From the NCBI GenBank assembly GCA_046594095.1, contig JBKJQK010000042.1, positions 1 to 37,044 of the forward strand: a DNA stretch of 37,044 nt. Direction: 5' to 3'. Position 1 is the stretch's first letter. Each line of letters starts with the position of its first letter. Source of the stretch: Anaerolineae bacterium (GTDB taxonomy: Bacteria > Chloroflexota > Anaerolineae > J036 > Brachytrichaceae). The translations under genes and the position numbers were made by a program. Below the pieces are notes generated by a model. It was not told where the DNA came from. It saw only the letters and a list, made by a program, of their open reading frames with translations, and ran no database searches. This document shows positions 1-8,556 of the stretch, one piece after another.

Positions 1-1203
1 AACCGGAAGGCCGGCTGGAAGATCCTGGACGAGCCGAGCGCCGACAAGATCATGCAGGAGATCAACGGCTACACCTGGGCCGACAAGAAACTGGTCGCGG
101 GATTCGCCAACCTGAAGGACGACGGCACGACCGCCTGCGGGGTGTGGATCTACAGCGGCGTGTTTCCTGAGGCCGGGCGCAACCGCGCGGCTGAACGCAA
201 GAGCGACCCAAACAACTACGTGAACCCCAACTGGGGTTTCGCCTGGCCCGCGAACCGTCACATCATGTATTCCCGCGCAAGCGCCGATACGCAGGGCCGG
301 CCGTGGAGCGAGAAGAAGAAATACACCTCCTGGGATGCGACCCGCGATAGCGGGACAAAGGACGCCAACGGGAACGCCATCCTCGGGCTCTGGGTGAATG
401 CCTACAGCGACGCCATCGACTTCGTGGTCACCAAGGCGCCGGGCGCCAAGGGCAACCCGAAGGGGCTGGGCCTGGCCTGGCAGGACGGTATTTCGCCAGC
501 CATCATGAAGTACGACGGCAAGTTCTGGCTGTTCGCCCCGAGCGGCCTGGTCGACGGGCCGTTCCCCGCCCACTACGAACCATATGAGTCGCCGGTCGCC
601 AATCCGGTCTACAAGCAACAGCGCAACCCGGTGGCCAAGACCTGGGCGGTCAAGGGCAACCGCTATCACGAGCCCACGCCGGAAGACAACGCGAAGTATC
701 CGCTCATCATCTCGACCTACCGCATCACCGAGCACTACCTGGCAGGCGGGATGAGCCGCTGGCTGCCGTGGCTGGCTGAGCTGATGCCCGAGTTGTTTGT
801 CGAGATGTCGCCCGAGCTGGCGGCCGAGCAGGGCATCAAGAACGGCGAGTGGGTGACTGTCGCGACGGCGCGCGGCGAGGCCGAAGCCAAGGCCCTTGTT
901 ACCAAACGGATAAAGCCGTTCAACATCAACGGCAAGGTCGTTCATGAGATCGGCATGCCATGGCACTGGGGCTATCAGGGCCTGGCGGTCGGCGACGTGA
1001 GCAACGACTTGTCGGCCCTGGTGGGCGAGCCGAACGTGACCATCCATGAAGGCAAGGTCTTCAGTTGCAACATGCGCAAGGGTCGCCGGAGCAAATCGCC
1101 GCCGGCGCTCTTTCAAGACGCCGTCGCCAGCGACACCGGCGACGAAATGGCCATGGAAGACGTCAAGGTGACGGCCTACCTCGGCGACGTGGAGAATTCC
1201 TAG
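1..1203 (+). CDS. fdnG: Formate dehydrogenase-N-type molybdopterin oxidoreductase, catalytic alpha subunit, C-terminal ~400 aa (5' end outside window)
   Basis: Frame 1 is open from base 1; track ORF 52..1203 only marks the first internal Met. The segment YPLIISTYRITEHY...ELFVEMSPELAAEQGIKNGEWVTVATARGE...GMPWHWGY parallels the C-terminal molybdopterin-dinucleotide-binding domain of E. coli FdnG/FdoG. The Fe-S subunit gene follows 10 nt later. Confidence 0.85.
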   Translation, partial: NRKAGWKILDEPSADKIMQEINGYTWADKKLVAGFANLKDDGTTACGVWIYSGVFPEAGRNRAAERKSDPNNYVNPNWGFAWPANRHIMYSRASADTQGRPWSEKKKYTSWDATRDSGTKDANGNAILGLWVNAYSDAIDFVVTKAPGAKGNPKGLGLAWQDGISPAIMKYDGKFWLFAPSGLVDGPFPAHYEPYESPVANPVYKQQRNPVAKTWAVKGNRYHEPTPEDNAKYPLIISTYRITEHYLAGGMSRWLPWLAELMPELFVEMSPELAAEQGIKNGEWVTVATARGEAEAKALVTKRIKPFNINGKVVHEIGMPWHWGYQGLAVGDVSNDLSALVGEPNVTIHEGKVFSCNMRKGRRSKSPPALFQDAVASDTGDEMAMEDVKVTAYLGDVENS

Positions 1204-1213
1204 GAGCAACACG

Positions 1214-2032
1214 ATGGCAAAAGGCATGTTTGTGGACACATCCCTCTGCATCGGTTGCAAAGCCTGCCAGGTTGCGTGCAAGGAATGGAATGAGCTTCCC
1301 GGCGAGCCGGAGCACTTCCAGACGGTAAGCGGCAAACTCCAGGCGGTCAACTTCACCGGAGATTCGTACGACAACACGGGCAGTCTGTCGGCCACCAACT
1401 GGCGGCGTGTTCGTTTTATCGAACAGGGCTCATCGGCCGAGGGCAACATGGCCTGGCGGATGATGAGCGACAGTTGCAAACACTGCACGCAGGCGGGCTG
1501 CCTGGAGGTGTGCCCGACCCATGCCCTGATCCGCACCGATCTGGGCAACGTGGTGGTGCAACAGGACGTCTGCAACGGGTGCCGGGCCTGCATCGGCGCG
1601 TGCCCGTTCGGCGTCATCAGCTATAACAATTCAACGGGCAAGGTCAACAAGTGCACGTTGTGCGATGACCGGATTCACAATGGGCTGGAGACCGCCTGCG
1701 CGAAGGTTTGCCCGACCGACTCAATTGTCTTCGGCGACGTCGATACGCTGCGGGCCGGCGCCCGGACGCGGGTCGACACGCTGAAGAAGCTGGGGTTCAA
1801 CAAGGCCCAGCTTTACGGCGATACCGATGTGCTCGGCGGCCTGAACGTCTTCTATCTTCTGCTCGACGAGCCGGGGGTCTATGGCCAGCCCAAAAACCCG
1901 ACCCTGCCGCAGAAGAACCTGGTCTCGGGGTCGGTCTTTAGCGTCGTCAGCGCCATCGTCCTTGGTCTGGGCGCGCTGGTGGCCTTTCGTAGGCGCGGCA
2001 AGGCGGCCGGCGCCGGGTTGGCGAAGGGGTAA
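1214..2032 (+). CDS. fdnH: Formate dehydrogenase Fe-S (beta) subunit, multi-[4Fe-4S] ferredoxin type with C-terminal membrane helix
   Basis: Cys clusters CIGCKACQVAC, CKHCTQAGCLEVCP, CNGCRACIGACP, CTLCDDR...CAKVCP. C-terminal hydrophobic helix VFSVVSAIVLGLGALVAF. GGAG lies 8-11 nt upstream of the ATG. Collinear with E. coli FdnH. Confidence 0.9.
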   Translation: MAKGMFVDTSLCIGCKACQVACKEWNELPGEPEHFQTVSGKLQAVNFTGDSYDNTGSLSATNWRRVRFIEQGSSAEGNMAWRMMSDSCKHCTQAGCLEVCPTHALIRTDLGNVVVQQDVCNGCRACIGACPFGVISYNNSTGKVNKCTLCDDRIHNGLETACAKVCPTDSIVFGDVDTLRAGARTRVDTLKKLGFNKAQLYGDTDVLGGLNVFYLLLDEPGVYGQPKNPTLPQKNLVSGSVFSVVSAIVLGLGALVAFRRRGKAAGAGLAKG

Positions 2033-2034
2033 TC

Positions 2035-2946
2035 ATGGTAGAACTTCAATTTCCCCGCTGGGAATGGTGGATCGTCGTGTATTTCTTCGTCGGCGGCATC
2101 GCCGGCGGGGCGTACTTCATCGCATCGGTGGTCGAGCTCGTCGGGGCGGAAGAGGATCGGCCGATCGCCCGGATGGGATATACCCTGGCGTTCCCGCTGG
2201 TGCTCGTGTGCGGGATCTGTCTGGTGGCTGATCTGGGCCGCCCGGAGCGCTTTCTCAACATGATCTTCAACGCAAGCCCGGCGACCCCCGGGCTGTTTAG
2301 CTTGAAAATGGATTCGCCCATCTCGGTTGGGGCGTATGGGCTTCTTGGGTTTAGCGCCTTCAGCTTCCTGTCGTTTCTCGACATGCTGGTGGAGACCGGC
2401 AAACTGCCCTGGGCGCCGCTGCGAAACAGATACAGTGGCGCGCCGCGCATGATTTACTCGGTCATTGGCGGCGTGTTTGGGCTGTTTCTGGCGGCATACA
2501 CAGGTGTTCTCCTGGCCCACACGCAGATGCCGGCGTGGGCGGACACGCCGCTTCTGGGCGCGCTGTTCGTTGCCTCGGGGGCGTCCACCGGGGCCGCCGC
2601 CATCACACTCGGGCTGGCGCTCACGCGGGTCGGCCTGGTCGATGGATGGCGCAAGCTGAAGCTGACTGACAGCGTCGCCATCATCCTGGAGATTGTCATC
2701 CTGGTGGTTCTGCTCGTTGTCCTCGGGGCGGCGGCGGCCCCGTTGCTGCGCGGCATCAACGGGGTGCTGCTGCTGGGCGTGACGTTACTGCTTGGGCTGC
2801 TCGTGCCGCTCGGTCTGCAATTCCGGGCCGGCTTTCAGGGCGCAAAAACAAGCCGGAACACGACGATACTCGGCGCCGGGCTGATTCTGCTTGGCGGTTT
2901 CGTCATCCGGATGGTGATTGTCCTGGCCCCACAGGGATACCTCTAG
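2035..2946 (+). CDS. NrfD/PsrC-family integral membrane subunit (heme-less quinone-interacting anchor)
   Basis: 303 aa, almost entirely hydrophobic helices. N-terminal WWIVVYFFVGGIAGGAYF is typical of NrfD/PsrC proteins. Starts 3 nt after the fdnH stop. Confidence 0.8.
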   Translation: MVELQFPRWEWWIVVYFFVGGIAGGAYFIASVVELVGAEEDRPIARMGYTLAFPLVLVCGICLVADLGRPERFLNMIFNASPATPGLFSLKMDSPISVGAYGLLGFSAFSFLSFLDMLVETGKLPWAPLRNRYSGAPRMIYSVIGGVFGLFLAAYTGVLLAHTQMPAWADTPLLGALFVASGASTGAAAITLGLALTRVGLVDGWRKLKLTDSVAIILEIVILVVLLVVLGAAAAPLLRGINGVLLLGVTLLLGLLVPLGLQFRAGFQGAKTSRNTTILGAGLILLGGFVIRMVIVLAPQGYL

Positions 2947-3021
2947 CGTAGAAAGCGCGGCAGGCGCAGGGCAACGCGCTAGCCGGTCGGATTCCAAATC
3001 GGCCAGGTCGCCCGCAAGGAC

Positions 3022-3342
3022 TTGGCCGAGTTTTCGCAAATCATGGCAGGAAGAGACGGACAGGGCAATACCGTAAACCCGAGCTCGAAGAAACGCGACC
3101 GGACCATCGACGACGCGTTGTTCACGATGGAGCGACTCGGCGCGTGGCTCGGCGGAGCTATCGAGGACAACGCCTGGGAACAGGCCGAGAACGCCTATCA
3201 GGTCGCGATGCTGCACGGCATGCTTGTCTATCTGCGCGGACAGATCGACACATTCGTCGCTCTGGGAGGTGATGAGGTCCGCGAGACCGTCGCGAACTTG
3301 CGCGCCACAGCCGCCCAAAATTCAGCCGATTTGAGCGCCTGA
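3022..3342 (+). CDS. Small hypothetical protein (106 aa) inside the fdh operon
   Basis: Third-codon positions are strongly G/C-biased in this frame, unlike the overlapping antisense ORF 2785..3318. The stop lies 9 nt before the fdhE start. No recognisable motif. The true start could be an internal Met. Confidence 0.5.
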   Translation: MAEFSQIMAGRDGQGNTVNPSSKKRDRTIDDALFTMERLGAWLGGAIEDNAWEQAENAYQVAMLHGMLVYLRGQIDTFVALGGDEVRETVANLRATAAQNSADLSA

Positions 3343-3351
3343 GATCACCGT

Positions 3352-4344
3352 ATGGCCAAAGTTGCGCCGCTCGCGCCGGAAACCGCCGCCATCCACAAGC
3401 GCCTGGGGGAGCTCCACGCCCGCTATCCGGATCTGGCCGAGCCAATCGCCTTCTATCACGAATCGCTTCCGTTGCTGCGCCAGTCTGAGACGTCCATCGA
3501 GCCTATCACGCTGCCCTCCGGACGTGTCCATGACAAGCTGGCGATGGGGATGCCGGTTCTGGTTGGCGAAGACCTGCCGCTTGATGTGGACGCGACGCGC
3601 GCGCTCATGCTGCAACTGTGCAAGGCCGCCGAGTCCTTTGCGCCGCCCGCCCCGTCGGGCTCGACCGGCGCAAAGGGCAACTTGTCGCGGTTGTTCAAAC
3701 GCGGCCAGCCCGACGCGCTCAAGGTGATCGAGGCCGCCCAGGCTGGGGATGGCGGCGTGTTCCGGACGGCTGCCGCCGGACAAATTCGCCGGGCTATTGA
3801 TCGCGATGAACTGAACCTGACCGAGGTTTTCGGGCGCTTGGCGATGGGCGATTGGCGGCGGGTCGAAATCATGGCCCATGGGCTCACGCTTGACGCCGAG
3901 ATGTTGCGCGTCCTGGCTCAGGACACTTTGAAACCGGCCCTGCGGGTATGGGCGCGTGGCGTCCAGGCCGATACGAGTGAATGGAAAAGCGGCGCGTGTC
4001 CCTTGTGCGGGAGCCCGCCGGCATTGTCCGAGATTCGAGGCAAGGAGGGCGCACGACGCCTGCGTTGCGGGATGTGCGGGACGAGCTGGCATTACCCGCG
4101 CCTGCAATGCGCGTTCTGCGCCAACGACGATCATAAACATCTGGGCAGGCTCATGGTTCAGGGTGAGCACGACAAGTACTACGCGCAAACCTGCGATGTG
4201 TGTCGCGGCTATAACAAAATCGTTGTGACATTTGACGCGATCCCGGTCGATTTCCTCGCCATCGAGGATCTGGCGACCCTGCATCTGGACTACATCGCCA
4301 GCGAAGCCGAATATGCCCGCGTACCGGTGGGCGCGGGGCGCTAG
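3352..4344 (+). CDS. fdhE: Formate dehydrogenase accessory protein FdhE
   Basis: C-terminal paired CxxC motifs CPLCGS...CGMCGTSW...CAFCAN...CDVCRGY, characteristic of FdhE. Position directly downstream of the fdh structural genes. Confidence 0.85.
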   Translation: MAKVAPLAPETAAIHKRLGELHARYPDLAEPIAFYHESLPLLRQSETSIEPITLPSGRVHDKLAMGMPVLVGEDLPLDVDATRALMLQLCKAAESFAPPAPSGSTGAKGNLSRLFKRGQPDALKVIEAAQAGDGGVFRTAAAGQIRRAIDRDELNLTEVFGRLAMGDWRRVEIMAHGLTLDAEMLRVLAQDTLKPALRVWARGVQADTSEWKSGACPLCGSPPALSEIRGKEGARRLRCGMCGTSWHYPRLQCAFCANDDHKHLGRLMVQGEHDKYYAQTCDVCRGYNKIVVTFDAIPVDFLAIEDLATLHLDYIASEAEYARVPVGAGR

Positions 4345-4381
4345 ATCACTCATCCAGCCGACTCCTCAAAGGCGCGCCCAG

Positions 4382-5506
4382 ATGCTCAAGAACCTCTTCG
4401 CCCGCAGGCCGCCGCCCGTCACCGTCGACCAGGTGATGGCCGCGCTGACCTCCGTGCTAGACCCCGAGGCCAACCGCGACATCGTCTCGCTCGGCATGGT
4501 CAAGAACGTCGCCGCCCGCGACGGCGTTGTGAGCTTTGCGATCCGGTTGCGCGAGGCGGGCAGCCCGCTTCAGGTCCCGATCGAGCGGCGGGCCCGCAAG
4601 GCGGTGGGCGCGATCCCGGGGGTGGGCGAGGTCCGGATCGGCTTTGAAACCGACCCGCGCTCCGAGCTGCGCGACACGAAGCCGCTGGCCGAACTCGAGG
4701 TCCGTCACGTCATCGCCGTCGCCAGCGGCAAGGGCGGGGTCGGCAAAAGCACCGTGGCTGTCAATCTCGCCTGCGGCCTGGCAAAACTGGGGCACCGGGT
4801 CGGACTGCTCGATGGTGACATTCACGGGCCGAATGTCCCATTGATGATGGGCATCGCCGGCGAGCAGCCCTTTGCCTTTGGCGACCGGATCTTCCCCCCG
4901 CAGGCGCACGGCGTGACGGTGATGAGCATGGGGCTGATGGTCCCGGCCGAGGCGCCGGTGATCTGGCGCGGGCCGATGCTGCATCAGGCGATCCGCCAGT
5001 TGTTGCGCGACGTGATGTGGGGCGAGCTGGATTTCCTGATCGTCGACCTGCCGCCGGGCACCGGCGACGCGCAACTCACTTTGATTCAGTCGATGCCGCT
5101 GGCCGGCGTAGCGCTGGTGACGACGCCTCAGGACGTGGCGCTGTCGGACGCGATCCGGGGCGGCGAGATGTTCCGCCAGTTGGACGTGCCCGTGCTCGGG
5201 ATGGTCGAGAACATGAGCTACTACGAATGCGCGAAGTGTGGCGAGCGCGACTACATCTTTGGCGAGGGCGGCGGCGCGCGGCTGGCCGAGAAGATGGGCG
5301 TGCCGCTGCTGGCCCAGATTCCGATCCACGCGGCGATCCGTGCCGGCGGCGACGCGGGGATGCCCGCCGTCATGGGCGCGCCCGATTCGCCGGCCGGGCA
5401 GGCGTTCATGGGCGCGGCGCGCGCCATTGCCGCGGCTGCCAGCGCGCGCCCGGCCCCGAAAAGCGCAACGTCAAAAACCGATCCTCAACTCAAGATCATG
5501 GGCTAG
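4382..5506 (+). CDS. mrp: Mrp/ApbC/NBP35-family P-loop ATPase (Fe-S cluster carrier type, CxxC present), N-terminal DUF59-like domain
   Basis: Deviant Walker A VASGKGGVGKST, DLPPGTGD, ENMSYYECAKCG (CxxC at 5228-5239). Start set at ATG 4382 (MLKNLF...) because the longer track ORF from 4232 overlaps the fdhE 3' end with R/S/P-rich sequence. The start is uncertain. Confidence 0.8.
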   Translation: MLKNLFARRPPPVTVDQVMAALTSVLDPEANRDIVSLGMVKNVAARDGVVSFAIRLREAGSPLQVPIERRARKAVGAIPGVGEVRIGFETDPRSELRDTKPLAELEVRHVIAVASGKGGVGKSTVAVNLACGLAKLGHRVGLLDGDIHGPNVPLMMGIAGEQPFAFGDRIFPPQAHGVTVMSMGLMVPAEAPVIWRGPMLHQAIRQLLRDVMWGELDFLIVDLPPGTGDAQLTLIQSMPLAGVALVTTPQDVALSDAIRGGEMFRQLDVPVLGMVENMSYYECAKCGERDYIFGEGGGARLAEKMGVPLLAQIPIHAAIRAGGDAGMPAVMGAPDSPAGQAFMGAARAIAAAASARPAPKSATSKTDPQLKIMG

Positions 5507-5521
5507 GCCCGCAATATCCTC

Positions 5522-6601
5522 ATGCCCAGCCCCCAAACCGTCCTCGCCGCGCTTTCAAAGGTCCAGGAGCCGGAACTGCATAAGGATCTGGTCAGTCTGA
5601 ATATGGTCCACGCCATCCGCATCGACGGCGGGGCGGTCGAATTCACGATCCGGCTGACGACGCCGGCCTGTCCGCTTAAGCATCAGATCGAGCGCGAATG
5701 CGTTCTGGCGGTGGGCGCGATTCCCGACGTCACCGGGGTGAAAGTGCGCTTTGACGCGAACACAGTCCGCGACACGCGCCTGGCGAACCTGCCCGTCCGA
5801 AATATCGTGGCGGTCGGGAGTGGCAAGGGCGGGGTGGGCAAGAGCACGACCGCTGTCAACTTGGCGATCGCCCTGAAACAGCAGGGGGCCCGGGTGGGCC
5901 TGCTCGACGCCGACATCTATGGGCCGAACATCCCGCTGATGATGGGGGTGAAGGGGTCTCGCCCAAACGTGAGCGGGGGCAAGCTCGTGCCCGTGCAGGC
6001 GTTTGGCTTGCAGCTCATGAGCATGGGCTTCCTGCTGGGCGCCGATCAGCCGGCCATCCTGCGCGGGCCGATGTTGCACAAAGCTCTCGAGCAGTTCATT
6101 CGGGATGTGGCATGGAGCGACTGCGATTATTTGATCGTCGATCTGCCGCCGGGGACCGGCGACGTGCAGCTGTCGCTGTCGCAAATCGCGCCGATGACGG
6201 GCGCGGTTGTGGTGACGACGCCCCAGGACGTGGCCCTCGAGGATGTCCGCAAATCGATCTATGCCTTCAAGAGCATGAATGTGCCGGTGCTGGGCGTGAT
6301 CGAGAACATGAGCTATTTCATCGCCCCCGACACCGGTCGGCGGTATGACATCTTCGGGCATGGTGGCGGGCAGCGGATGGCGCAGGCGCTGGACGTGCCC
6401 TTCCTGGGCGAAGTGCCGATCGACATGGCGATCCGCGAGGGCGGCGACCGCGGGCTGCCGATTGTGGCATCGGAAGCGGGCGGCGCGCATGCGCTGGCCT
6501 ATCAGGCCATCGCCTCGGCGCTGGCGGCGAAGATCAGCGTGATGAACGCCCAACGGGCTACGCCTGGGCTAATTGCGTTGGACGCGATACCGATCGTGTA
6601 G
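5522..6601 (+). CDS. Mrp/ApbC-family P-loop ATPase paralog lacking the CxxC motif, N-terminal DUF59 domain with TPACP motif
   Basis: VGSGKGGVGKST, DLPPGTGD, ENMSYFIAPDTGRRYDIFGHGG (no Cys at the CxxC position, 6320-6337). The N-terminal domain carries TTPACPLK. Confidence 0.85.
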   Translation: MPSPQTVLAALSKVQEPELHKDLVSLNMVHAIRIDGGAVEFTIRLTTPACPLKHQIERECVLAVGAIPDVTGVKVRFDANTVRDTRLANLPVRNIVAVGSGKGGVGKSTTAVNLAIALKQQGARVGLLDADIYGPNIPLMMGVKGSRPNVSGGKLVPVQAFGLQLMSMGFLLGADQPAILRGPMLHKALEQFIRDVAWSDCDYLIVDLPPGTGDVQLSLSQIAPMTGAVVVTTPQDVALEDVRKSIYAFKSMNVPVLGVIENMSYFIAPDTGRRYDIFGHGGGQRMAQALDVPFLGEVPIDMAIREGGDRGLPIVASEAGGAHALAYQAIASALAAKISVMNAQRATPGLIALDAIPIV

Positions 6602-6664
6602 GCGCTCGTTCCCATCGGTCACTCAGCGGCGCGGATGCCCGCGTGGCGCGCGACAGCGGGCCAT

Positions 6665-6692
6665 TTGACACGGGAGCGCTTGCGGCCATACT
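6665..6692 (+). promoter_or_regulatory. Candidate sigma70-type promoter TTGACA-N16-CATACT upstream of the DUF3592 gene
   Basis: Perfect -35 hexamer at 6665-6670 and a 4/6 -10 at 6687-6692, about 50 nt upstream of the 6741 start. Pattern match only. Confidence 0.3.
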
Positions 6693-6740
6693 GAGGACGA
6701 GCATTTTCGGCGGGCGGCGATTCCGACCTATGCGATTGGG

Positions 6741-7178
6741 GTGAAGATTATGTTCTTTCTAATGAGCGCGGGTGCTTTTTTGGTTTCGATCGGTTGTCTC
6801 TGGGCGGGGATTAGGGCCTTGCTCAAACAGAGTCGCGAACGGGCGGCATCCGTGTCCGCCCAGGGAGTCGTCGTCGGCGTTCGACGACAGGTCTTCAAGG
6901 CAGGCAGCTCCGGTGTCTATTGCCCGACCGTAGATTTTCGGCTTCCGTCCGGCGAGGTTGTCCGCTTTGAATCGTCGTTTGGGACCATGCCCGCCTCGCA
7001 CAGCGTGGGCCAGGTCGTCAAAGTGGTCTACGACCCCCGGGATCCGCGCAAGGCGGAGGTCGATTCGGTTGTGGCCAACTGGCTGATGCCGGGCTGTCTG
7101 CTTGCTTTCGCGGCGGGCGCGATGTTTTTCAGCCTCATGTTCCTCGTCCTCTTTCTCATTACAGCCAGAAGCGGTTAG
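6741..7178 (+). CDS. DUF3592-like membrane protein (TM - beta-rich domain - TM)
   Basis: N-terminal helix FLMSAGAFLVSIGCLWAGI, central GVVVGV...YCPTVDFRLPSGEVVRFES...VVKVVYDPRDPRKAEV, C-terminal helices. GTG 6741 or ATG 6750 as start. Confidence 0.7.
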   Translation: MKIMFFLMSAGAFLVSIGCLWAGIRALLKQSRERAASVSAQGVVVGVRRQVFKAGSSGVYCPTVDFRLPSGEVVRFESSFGTMPASHSVGQVVKVVYDPRDPRKAEVDSVVANWLMPGCLLAFAAGAMFFSLMFLVLFLITARSG

Positions 7179-7186
7179 GGAGACAC

Positions 7187-7984
7187 ATGAGCGATGAACC
7201 TGTGGTCTGGCATTACGGCCTGATGGCCGAGCGCTGGGCGTTGCCGGGCAAGGAACCTCGCGAAGCGCTCTTCTTCCTGAAGGAGATCGCCCGCTTCGGC
7301 CAGCCCGTTCTCGATCTGGGCTGCGGAACCGGGCGAGTGCTGCTGCCGATGTTGCGGGCCGGGATCGACATCGACGGCTGCGACATCTCGGGCGATATGC
7401 TCGGGCACTGCCGGCGCAAGGCGGCCGAGGAGGGCTTCCGCCCGAATCTGTATGAGAGCCCGATGCACGCCATTGCCCTTCCCCGAAAATACCGCACGAT
7501 CTACATCTGTGACGCGATCGGACTGGCCGGCGGCCGAGAGCATGACCTGGAAGCGCTGCGCCGCTGTCACGCGCACCTGGAAGAAGGCGGCGCCTTACTG
7601 GTCAACATACAGGCCGAATACACCTCGCGCGACTCGTGGGATGGATGGGTCAAGGAGGCGCGCCAGTTGTTGCCCCAGCCCTGGCCCGAGGAAGGCCGGC
7701 GACAGATTGCGCCGGATGGCAGCGAGCACATTGCCCGCTTCCGCTACGTGGACGTGAACCCGCTCGAGCAGCGCTACACCCGCGAGGTGCGCCTGGAGAA
7801 ATGGCAGACTGGTGTTCTTGTCGCCTCGGAGGAACACTCCCTGATCGGGCAAATGTACATGAAGAACGAGATGCTGCTGATGCTGAGAGTGGCCGGACTC
7901 CGCGACGTCACCGTGCGGGGCGACTACACCGATGACCCCGCCACGTCCGACCACGACGAGCTGATCCTTACCGCAGTCCGTTAG
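7187..7984 (+). CDS. Class I SAM-dependent methyltransferase
   Basis: Motif I VLDLGCGTGRVLLPM and post-I acidic residue (IDGCDIS). 265 aa. Starts 8 nt after the previous gene. Confidence 0.8.
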   Translation: MSDEPVVWHYGLMAERWALPGKEPREALFFLKEIARFGQPVLDLGCGTGRVLLPMLRAGIDIDGCDISGDMLGHCRRKAAEEGFRPNLYESPMHAIALPRKYRTIYICDAIGLAGGREHDLEALRRCHAHLEEGGALLVNIQAEYTSRDSWDGWVKEARQLLPQPWPEEGRRQIAPDGSEHIARFRYVDVNPLEQRYTREVRLEKWQTGVLVASEEHSLIGQMYMKNEMLLMLRVAGLRDVTVRGDYTDDPATSDHDELILTAVR

Positions 7985-8179
7985 CGCTCCCTTGCGCAAT
8001 GCCCGCCGCTGGCGAGAATACTCCGCATGCCCGGCCACAGCGCGCCACCCATCTGATGCGGGTCGTGACCGCGCTGGAGCGATGAGGCAGAGGTCCGTTT
8101 GCGCATTTGGGCTTTGAGACTAAACTCTGTTGGGTCGACCATCTAGCGGCCTCATTTGAGGCGAAGGAGCAAATCAATC

Positions 8180-8455
8180 ATGGTCCATGTCCTTGTCCGC
8201 CACACCGTCGCCGACTATTCAGCCTGGCGCCCTATTTTTGACGGCGACGCCGCACGGCGTAAGGCTGCCGGCGCCACGGGCGTTAACCACGTTCACCGCG
8301 ACGTCGATGAGCCCAATACCCTGACGCTCGTTCTGGAGTGGGACAACGCTGAGAATGCCCGCAAGTTCTTGGACGATCCTGCCTTGCGCGAGGTCATGGC
8401 AAAGGCCGGCGTGGTCGGCGCTCCTGCCGTACGCGCGATCCTGGCAAACGCCTAA
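8180..8455 (+). CDS. Small ABM / dimeric alpha-beta-barrel-like protein (91 aa)
   Basis: GAAGGAG at 8163-8169 precedes ATG 8180 (MVHVLVRH...). The size and beta-alpha-beta pattern (VLVRHTV...TLTLVLEWDNAENARKFL) fit the antibiotic-biosynthesis-monooxygenase-like fold. Family assignment is tentative. Confidence 0.65.
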   Translation: MVHVLVRHTVADYSAWRPIFDGDAARRKAAGATGVNHVHRDVDEPNTLTLVLEWDNAENARKFLDDPALREVMAKAGVVGAPAVRAILANA

Positions 8456-8470
8456 ACACGACCTCGCAAG

Positions 8471-8512
8471 CCACACAACGGACCCCGGCTCCTGCCGGGG
8501 TCCGTTGTGTGG
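8471..8512 (+). terminator. Perfect 18-19 bp GC-rich hairpin directly after the ABM-like gene (no U-tract)
   Basis: CCACACAACGGACCCCGG (8471-8488) pairs perfectly with CCGGGGTCCGTTGTGTGG (8495-8512). It starts 16 nt after the TAA stop (8453-8455) and ends 45 nt before the ridA start. Confidence 0.5.
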
Positions 8513-8556
8513 CAGCCTGCCTCCTGGAAATTCCGCCAAGCGCGAGGAGTGATCCG

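Noticed and set aside
1-1203. Selenocysteine (in-frame TGA) in the formate dehydrogenase alpha subunit
   Set aside because: The visible C-terminal part has no in-frame TGA. The Sec/Cys active-site position lies in the N-terminal region outside the window, so nothing can be said.
3322-4353. 343-aa minus-strand ORF antisense to fdhE. Similar antisense ORFs: 4457..5329, 5555..6553, 9360..10274, 10746..11714, 13826..14944, 15526..16596.
   Set aside because: These have R/G/P/A/H-rich low-complexity translations with no motifs. Each fully overlaps a strongly supported gene on the other strand. Such ORFs are the expected result of stop-codon depletion in GC-rich DNA.
4232-4381. Upstream extension of the first Mrp ORF overlapping the fdhE 3' end
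   Set aside because: The extension has an S/R/P/W-rich translation overlapping fdhE by >100 nt. The DUF59-like domain begins just after Met 4382.
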